DNA from: Octopus bimaculoides | Lineage: Eukaryota | Length of the DNA: 64,000 nt | Assembly: GCF_001194135.2 (NCBI RefSeq) | Contig: NC_068987.1 | Span: 79,411,482-79,475,481, forward strand | Reading direction: 5' to 3' | Shown here: piece by piece, positions 55,246-64,000 of the stretch | How the letters are laid out: every line of letters begins with the position of its first letter | Position numbering within the stretch: position 1 is the first letter of the stretch | Translations under genes and position numbers: made by a program | Notes under the pieces: model-generated | Seen by the model: the letters and a program-made list of their open reading frames with translations, nothing else | The model's database searches: none | What the model was told of the DNA's origin: nothing

Positions 55246-56988
55246 ATCTATGTGTATGTAGGTGTACATGTGTGTGTATATGTGTGTACATTGATGAATA
55301 GATGTGATATTTGTTTTTCTTACAAATACGATTCGAAGTGTTCTGACCTATAAAGAAACATTTGATTTGTTTCCATGGAAATTCAAAAGACAAATATACC
55401 CCCCCCCTCACATTTTGAATAACACTCAAGCATATTTAAGATATCCTCTGGAAATATTTTTGTAATAGCTTAGAAAAGAGACCTATTTTATGAACAAGAT
55501 CTGGAAAAGCTATTCTTATATCAGAGAACTAGCTATAATGCTGCCAATAGAGTAAAGATATCTTAGTAAAGATATCCACTACCTACCGGTCAGTTGAATG
55601 TATTAAGTCAGGTGGTAGATTAAAATCCTTATCTAGTTGCTACTTCTGAGACGTCACTGGTGTGGGGCACTACAAATTCAGTCCGCTTTTGAGAAATATT
55701 AGGAACAGCTATATAAACAAATCTTCGCAATTATGAGACCGATACACGCTTACAATCAGCAAACCAGAGAAGGAATATTTGTTTGGTTCGATATTATAAG
55801 TTGGTACATTTGCCAGTCAAATTTCTCTCCAATAAAATCTTATTTTTTAAAGAAGGGTATTAAAATATGTAGACATTCAGCTTGCTAAACAAGAAATGAC
55901 TTGATACCTACTAAATTAACTCCGATCATAGCTTTGCTAAATACAAACTCATCTCAGGCTAAACAACAATCAGAATAACAGCTATGTTAACAACACCGTT
56001 CTTTTCTGCGGAATGCTTACAAAAGCTATCTAAACATAGACGACTTATTCCTAGTACGTGTATTTAGTTTCCTTTCCAGACAGTTTTTATTAACCGACGT
56101 ACATGACATCAGCACATTATATATGAAGCAATAACATTACTGCAAACATTGTACATTAAATATATAGTGACAATGAAAATGTAATTCGTATGAAGTATAC
56201 ACGCCAAATATAACAATTATTTGTACTCATAAGCTGAACACAGGTGTAATATCACGTTGTATGTACAAGTTTAGTTATGTCATTGCTATAGTTTATAATT
56301 CCCTTCCAAAACAATGGCATTTCTTTATTGCGTCCTACTGAAAATAACTTTACTCCTCATGAAAATAATTATAAATTTATTCATCAAATGAAACTTTGAT
56401 AAGAAAGGACATCTGTATATTACGGGTATCAACGGCAAATATAATGTTTCTGGAAATTCTTAAACTACACAGCATGAGCATAAAAAAACCACTACCATTG
56501 GCTATCATGTTCACTGTAAATGAACGGATTTCTAAGACTTTGCAAGTAAAAAAATATTATACATTCTAAGCATCAATTTCAGATTGGAAAGAGCGACTTC
56601 ATACATGAGACCCGATTTGCGTTTGCTGGTAACGCAAAGACAGCGAAAACAAATTGGAAAAAATGAAAATGGTAGACAAAAATGGTAGTTGGCAAAAAAA
56701 AAATCAATTCATATCAGTATTTCGCAATATAATCGATAACTCGAATCCCTGTAGTCCCCAGATAGGTTGTATACCAAAACCCATGAGATATATAGATAGA
56801 AGCTTACTATATTTTGTTGTAGAGGTAAATGAGTTGCATAGATATGCTAACCGTCCGCATTAGAGAAAACTGTTAAATAAATCTTGAAATACATAATGTT
56901 GAGAGTAACAAAAAGAAAATCATTGTTACTTCAGTGATTAGTCCATGTAGATGGTATCCCTAGGAATTTTCCCGTCTTTGATTGTAGT

Positions 56989-57327
56989 GCTGAGACCCCC
57001 TTCGGTCATGACTGACCATGGGATTGCATCTAGAAAGTTACCCTCCCAGGCACAAGTTTGGGTAAGATTGTTTATGGAAGATCAGCAGTCGCCCATGCAT
57101 ACCGGTCTCCCCTCTCCACACCAGTAATGTTATCCAAGGGAAAGGCAAAGGCCAATACATCTTGGCACCTGTGACGTCGCAACTCATTTCTACAGCTGAG
57201 TGAACTGGAGCAACGTGAAATAAAGTGTCTTGCTCAAGAACACAACGCGCAGCCCGGTCCGGGATTCGAACTCACAACCTCGCGATCGTAAGCTCGACGC
57301 TCTAACCACTGAGCCATGCGCATTCAC
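56989..57327 (-). mobile_element. Full-length tRNA-derived SINE (Meta-like core) with TSD
   Basis: Minus strand has A box TGGCTCAGTGG, B box GTTCGAATC and core GTGTTCTTGAGCAAGACACTTTATTTCAC. Perfect 11-bp TSD TTGATTGTAGT at 56978-56988 and 57328-57338. Confidence 0.9.
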
Positions 57328-57512
57328 TTGATTGTAGTAATGCAATGTTTAAAAACGTTGCAAGTTAGTTTTCTCCTGTATCCATAACAGACTTAATCAA
57401 ATCTCGCACACTTGGGAAACAAAGATATATTTGCTTTCATTTTTAAATAACAACCACTAAGTTATAAATTACTGGATAAAAAGGAAGATATCTATGTACG
57501 TATGTATGTATG

Positions 57513-57543
<31 letters not shown>

Positions 57544-57960
57544 GTATGTATGTATGTTTGTATGTATGTACGCTTTTGTATTTATGTATATGAATAACTG
57601 TATGAACGTATATGTCTACGAAATCAACCATACATTTTAATATAAAATTTAACCTTTTATTTGTATAAAACCACTGCAATACCTCACTCAAACACCCTCT
57701 CTTTGAACTAGAATTTTGTCCCTAAAAAGGGTGTGTTAAATACTTCGTAAGTGTGAAAAAACTGGAGAAATGAATATATCAATGTTTGAAAAACACTGAA
57801 AGATTACAAATTAATAGTATAACAAAATGAACAGAAAAATAAGAAGCACCTAAGACAATCTGACAATGCATTCAGTGGGATAACAGCACCGAACTGGTGT
57901 GGAATTCGAGTACATAAACATCGAGAAACGGGATTGACATGCGAAGCCGTCGAGAAAGTG

Positions 57961-58620
57961 ATATCGCAATCGTTGGGTGTAGGAAACGTCTGTCAGATAT
58001 TTGCAGACGATATTGGGTTGCTTAACTCATCAAAGGATGATGTCTAAGATGCACTGAATGGGTTCGCCGTAGAACGCTTCAAGGCAGAGATGAAAATAAG
58101 CGTCGCGAAGACTTAGACATTTTTCATTTGAAGAAAGTCTTTCCAGTGCACTGTACATGTTAATCGAACATCACAGAGGCGAACAGAGATGGTAAAGTAT
58201 CTGAGAGTAGTAATCACGCGTGATGGAGTGAAAGAGATTAGATTGAATGCTACAACTTCAGATTTGGCACAGAAATGCTCCAGCTTTAGCAATCAATCGT
58301 TAGAAAGAGACGTTGGCAGAAAGAAACCTAACTTGTTATCTTCAGTCTGATTTTCATGTCTACCCTCAACTATGTCTACCCTCAACTATGTCTAGCCTCA
58401 ACTATGTTCTTGAATGTCGTGTAATGACCGACATGGTACAACTGCAAATAAAAGCGACTGAAATGGAGTTAGTCTGAAGAATCTTTCAAGTGACGTTACT
58501 CGACAGCGTATATAGCTCAGAGATCAAGGTCGTGACGCAACTTTTAGGTATCGAGAGCCCACAGTTGCAATACTATCGACATGTGATTATAATGTTGCAG
58601 AAATGGATCATAAGATGGTT
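57961..58620 (+). mobile_element. Decayed RTE-like LINE reverse transcriptase fragment
   Basis: Frame from 57961 reads ...CQIFADDIGLLNSSKDDV*DALNGFAVERFKAEMKISVAKT*...EMVKYLRVVITRDG (FADD at 58000-58011), later STLNY and QIKATEMELV*RIFQVTLLDSVYSSEI. This follows the RTE-type RT C-terminal motif order, with several stops. Confidence 0.85.
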
Positions 58621-60270
58621 TCATTAAGCCAAACCAATCACCACGACACTTGGGGTAGATCAGGAATGAAAGGATGGCTATGTATCTATATTAGTGTCGT
58701 TTCACAGCAACGACGTATAATATATGAAACATACGAATAGTATTCTAGCACTCCACATCTTACTTGAATGTTGACTCATGTAATTAATATTTATATGTTC
58801 AATAATCTTGAGAAACATTACTTTCGAACGAATAGCAATGTCGCTAAAGTCTTAGAAATACATGTAGATTTAAGTAATTAAGTATAATTAGTGAATTTAT
58901 ACCAATGTAAACATTGACATTGGATTGTAATTTGTTAATTAATTACTATTAATGGTAGAAGTACTTGTGATGAAGTTAACTTCACAAAGTTTTTAATGTA
59001 TATTTGTGTGTGCGTTTGTATGTATTTATGCCTATGTACTCATAAACATACGCATACAAGTATCTCGTCTAAACACAGATAACGAGCCAGTGCTGCACAC
59101 GATTATATGAAATAAAAATAAAAGAAATATATATTATGTCACGTCCACTCTTAATTAACACCAGCCATTCATAAAGAGACATTTTAGGTATGTATATTAG
59201 CAGACACCATCTGCATTATTGTTCCAACGTTAGACAAAGCTGACATGTTGTAGACATTAGGTAATTTCTCAAAAGAAAAACAAAACCCTTATAAGCAGAA
59301 ACATTCTAGTTATGTTGTTTGGCTTATATTTTTGTGTACATGTTCATAGAAATAAGACAAAATGAAAATGTAAACATGTGAGCATTACAATGGCAATTTT
59401 ATTCAACAATCATCTATTATTTACAAATATATCAGTAAGTATATATTTGTATATATTCACACATCCATAGATATATGTATATATATATACACATGTACGC
59501 ATAGATGTGCGTATGGATATATGTTGAATGATATCTGAATTCTTAAAAGATGCACCATTTATGATTCATAATTGTGTCGGCAAAACATAACTGAGAGATT
59601 TGTGGTGCGGGGTACTTGAGAGATTATGTAGTTAGTCTGTGGAATTATAGATATCAAACAGAATACATTTGTTAGATTTCCCATGAAACTATCAATTGCC
59701 GAATCCGCCTTCATAAGCCACTATTAGCAATCAACCTGATGAAAGAGATACCAAATCCTACCTAAGATGGCAAGATATGTAGAATAATGTAGTCTTAGAT
59801 ATTGTGGTGATTGGCCCTCTGGTCACTTCGACACACCTCCACATTCAACGACTGCCTGAGTGCGGGATCAAACCTGCAGAGTTCTAGGGACATCCTCTAT
59901 CCGTCATTGTTACCTCGTTTTCTATCATTACTGGACATATGAAAAGAGTCTGATGGTGTTACTGTTGTCTTAATTTTCTGGAGAACTACACAATGGATGT
60001 TATGATAATGGGCATTCTCAAGCCTTTCAGATTTGATTTGGTCTGGTGCAACAAATGCCACGAAGTCAGTAGTTTATCAGGTTGCAGGATTTGAGTGGAG
60101 TTACTTTCTCTTAAATGAGTATGCTAAGAGTTGAAGGGGTTCATTTGCCCTAAGTTTCCTCTTTATAAACAAAGTAAAGTAGTCACTGCCAGAATACTCT
60201 TTGATTGTAAGTTTGCTTGATCAGGGAAGACCTTGGACTAAAATATAAATACAAGATATACATGCATACG

Positions 60271-60306
<36 letters not shown>

Positions 60307-60737
60307 TATATATANNNNNNNNNNNNNNNNNNNNNNNNNNNNNNNNNNNNNNNNNNNNNNNNNNNNNNNNNNNNNNNNNNNNNNNNNNNNNNNNNNNNNN
60401 NNNNNNNNNNNNNNNNNNNNNNNNNNNNNNNNNNNNNNNNNNNNNNNNNNNNNNNNNNNNNNNNNNNNNNNNNNATATATATATATATATATATATATAA
60501 TGCTCTTAGCTTAGTTTTTCCTTGTGGCTGGCCAGATTGGAGCAATATTGAGAATAACCAACCGAAATTGCAAAGATAATATGGATCTCAACTGAAGAGA
60601 GAAAACTCCTAATGACATGTCTGTGTTTACTTTGTATCGTCTATCTGTATGTTTTGTCCCTTTCTTGTATCACCTAACTGTCTGGATGTCTTGCGTTCTT
60701 GTCCAATTCTGTATTATTTATATATATATATAAATAT

Positions 60738-60823
<86 letters not shown>

Positions 60824-61460
60824 TCATATATATGTATGCATATACGTATGTACGTATATGGGTACATATGTATACCGAGCTACTGAGCGATTTCTATATG
60901 GGGAACTCTTATTCATGGAGAAAGATATGTTTCTGTAATTTTAATTGACTCGTCATCGCAGTCAACGTAGTAAAAAAAAAAAAATTATATATGTGCGTGT
61001 ATCTGTTTGTGTTTGTATGCGTATGTGTATGTGCACGTGTGAGTGTTTTGTGTAGCTTAAGTATTTTTATATTTTTGTTGCATATTTATATTATCAATTT
61101 TCGACACTTTATGTTCTTCAACTCCGAACGATACGCTTAACAAAGGACAAAAATACATAGCCGCCACTTACATATTTGTCACTCACTCGTTCATTATAAT
61201 TGCTTCTTCACTTTTAATATAGCAGTTATCGACAGAGTAACGCGACTCCTTTACTGTACATATATATGTGTAGTGTATGTAGTCCTTTCTGCACAGCTCA
61301 CTACATTATCCGACACATCACAGAACAGCACACTTCACAAGCATTACCTGACACCACATCACACATTCACCAGACAACAAAGGCGACGCATAATATGCTG
61401 AGAAGAGTATTATTATTAACCATAAAGTTTATTATAATTATTATCATTATTATTATTATT

Positions 61461-61657
61461 AAAGCCTCGGCGAGTGGGCAGAACCGTTAGCAAACAGCTT
61501 AGCGGCATTTCGCCCGCTTTTACGGTCTGAGTTCAAATTGCGCTGAGGTCAAATTTGCTCTTCATCCTTTTGGGGTCGAAAAATAAACACCAGTTGAGCT
61601 CTGGAGCCGATGTAATCAACATCAAAACTCCCCCAGAAATTGCTGACCTTGTGCCAA
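61461..61657 (+). mobile_element. Deu/Nin-like SINE with (ATT)n tail
   Basis: GGCGAGTGGGCAGAACCGTTAGC...TCTGAGTTCAAATTGCGCTGAGGTC...TTCATCCTTTTGGGGTCG...GACCTTGTGCCAAATTATTATT. Confidence 0.85.
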
Positions 61658-61705
<48 letters not shown>

Positions 61706-62239
61706 GAGTGAGGGGAGCAATGCATGCCATCAAAGTGACACTGGGGTACAAATACACGAAGCTCAGTATACTCATCAATGACTACCTCTCTGATAAGGGT
61801 ATAGCCGGCACATGCATCACAACCATAAATATGGGAAATGATGAGTTCATCTCAAAATAAACAGCGCAGGTCCTTGCAGGTGAAGCCCAGTTAGAATTTT
61901 CCTCCAGTCGAGTAGCACATTCCGCTGAAAATATCCTTGAATAAAGTTCATGTTAAGGATGATGGACAAAACATCCATGTCTCCAGTGATGAATTGTTCA
62001 GACCTCAAAGAATTCCTCTCATCACATGGCTATAATGCTCCCCCAATACGCCTACTCGTGATCAGAGATGCATATGTCACTAGCTCAGCTGATTAAGGTC
62101 AAACAACTGATAAATATTGAGCAGAATATTTGCTGTAGTTCATCTTTTATACCAAAACAAGACATGTACAGGATAACAGTACCAATCAGTTAAGATCAGA
62201 AGCCATGAGAGCTCATGCCTTGTACTGTATCAGGGCATT
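61706..62239 (-). mobile_element. Non-coding interspersed element bounded by (ATT)n on both sides
   Basis: 534 bp of complex sequence with sharp (ATT)n boundaries (61658-61705 and 62239-62252), no long ORF, no TIR, no recognisable pol III boxes. I recall it as an abundant octopus repeat, but only one copy is in this window; orientation is inferred. Confidence 0.55.
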
Positions 62240-62249
62240 TATTATTATT

Positions 62250-62283
<34 letters not shown>

Positions 62284-62285
<2 letters not shown>

Positions 62286-62548
62286 CAGAAACAATTCCTA
62301 TCATAGTAGGTGCCTTAGGTATAATAAAAAAATATTCAGACAAATACATAACAAAAACACCAGGACTTACAAATATATATAACATACAGAAAATTGCACT
62401 ACTGGGTACTGCACACATTCTACGCAAAACACTTTCAATACAGTAAACATAAGAGCACCACAGCAATCCACAGCACATACCCAAGGCGCACAGAGCTGCG
62501 CTCGGTAGTGAAGTGAAAGCACATTATAAAAATAAAGCTACTGAACAA
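62284..62548 (+). mobile_element. 5'-truncated R4/Dong-like LINE 3' end
   Basis: 62285-62446 translates TETIPIIVGALGIIKKYSDKYITKTPGLTNIYNIQKIALLGTAHILRKTLSIQ* without interruption; directly preceded by (TAA)n and followed by about 100 nt of UTR and (AAT)n. Confidence 0.85.
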
Positions 62549-63346
62549 TGATAATAATAATAATAATGATAATANNNNNNNNNNNNNNNNNNNNNNNNNN
62601 NNNNNNNNNNNNNNNNNNNNNNNNNNNNNNNNNNNNNNNNNNNNNNNNNNNNNNNNNNNNNNNNNNNNNNNNNNNNNNNNNNNNNNNNNNNNNNNNNNNN
62701 NNNNNNNNNNNNNNNNNNNNNNNNNNNNNNNNNNNNNNNNNNNNNNNNNNNNNNNNNNNNNNNNNNNNNNNNNNNNNNNNNNNNNNNNNNNNNNNNNNNN
62801 NNNNNNNNNNNNNNNNNNNNNNNNNNNNNNNNNNNNNNNNNNNNNNNNNNNNNNNNNNNNNNNNNNNNNNNNNNNNNNNNNNNNNNNNNNNNNNNNNNNN
62901 NNNNNNNNNNNNNNNNNNNNNNNNNNNNNNNNNNNNNNNNNNNNNNNNNNNNNNNNNNNNNNNNNNNNNNNNNNNNNNNNNNNNNNNNNNNNNNNNNNNN
63001 NNNNNNNNNNNNNNNNNNNNNNNNNNNNNNNNNNNNNNNNNNNNNNNNNNNNNNNNNNNNNNNNNNNNNNNNNNNNNNNNNNNNNNNNNNNNNNNNNNNN
63101 NNNNNNNNNNNNNNNNNNNNNNNNNNNNNNNNNNNNNNNNNNNNNNNNNNNNNNNNNNNNNNNNNNNNNNNNNNNNNNNNNNNNNNNNNNNNNNNNNNNN
63201 NNNNNNNNNNNNNNNNNNNNNNNNNNNNNNNNNNNNNNNNNNNNNNNNNNNNNNNNNNNNNNNNNNNNNNNNNNNNNNNNNNNNNNNNNNNNNNNNNNNN
63301 NNNNNNNNNNNNNNNNNNNNNNNNNNNNNNNNNNNNNNNNNNNNNN

Positions 63347-63421
<75 letters not shown>

Positions 63422-64000
63422 ATATGTGTCTGTACATGTATGTATGTATACGTACCTATAATATTCTCGCCATGTCATTTATTATTGACATTTTCGATGG
63501 CACATTAATTAAGGAAAATGAATCGTCTGTATTTTGTCTTTCTCTTTTTTGTAAATTAATTTCTTCTCGTTCTGATCAAATATACAAGTCAATTCACAGT
63601 GTTTAGAACACTTCTTGCTTAAAATTATGCTAAATTATCAAAATTCAATGTATTGCACGTTGCTGTGATGTCGAAATAGTGACAAAATAGAAAAAATGCA
63701 TTTAACATAGATTTCCCGAACTAACAAGTGCATGTATACGCATTATATATAAATATATCAATCATAAAATGAATGGTGTACACCTGGTAGCTTACTGGTA
63801 AAGCACGGTTACTTTTGCAGTGATCGTTAGGTATATGCCAAATGAATGACGGAAGATAGGATATGCGAGAATTTATTAGTAATCACGACAATTGTTTCGA
63901 CACATCTAGTGATTAATAGTAAATGCTCGTATATTCCATCTACCGTCTCTCATTTGCCATATATATATATATATAATTATATATATATATATATATATAT

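Noticed and set aside
57250-57322. tRNA gene on the minus strand
   Set aside because: A and B boxes are present, but there is no closing acceptor stem and the sequence continues into a SINE body bounded by a TSD.
59735-59760. CTGATGA hammerhead ribozyme core
   Set aside because: No GAAA partner with closing stems nearby; the same applies to CTGATGA near 26430, 31852 and 43586.
61879-61888. cag|GTGAAGC as the next AP-2 exon start
   Set aside because: Lies inside the 534-bp element and continues GEAQLEFSSSRVA with no AP-2 similarity.

Overview
Metazoan genomic DNA: AT-rich, microsatellite-dense, with about 23 N-gaps totalling roughly 7 kb. The SINE families and repeat landscape look like a cephalopod, probably Octopus (inference from remembered repeat sequences, not a search). 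The only protein-coding signal I can support is two + strand exons of an AP-2 (TFAP2-family) transcription factor, 32837/32840-33041 and 35895-36013. They encode the basic region and the start of the helix-span-helix domain, with canonical GT-AG sites and matching phases. The upstream exons and the remaining helix-span-helix exons are not recognisable, so they lie in gaps or outside the window, and most of the window is probably AP-2 intron. The rest is tRNA-derived SINEs of three families, three DNA-transposon MITEs (hAT, Tigger/pogo-like, mariner-like), a decayed RTE-like LINE, two R4/Dong-like LINE 3' ends embedded in (TAA)n, and simple repeats. The long ORFs in the supplied track are microsatellite or N-gap artefacts. 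I found no CRISPR, rRNA or genuine tRNA gene, and no well-supported novel multi-gene system. The best leads are a candidate degenerate or alternative AP-2 exon, a phase-compatible 12-nt microexon, a perfect 72-nt hairpin, and a (TAA)n-associated retroelement set with a possible non-coding partner.
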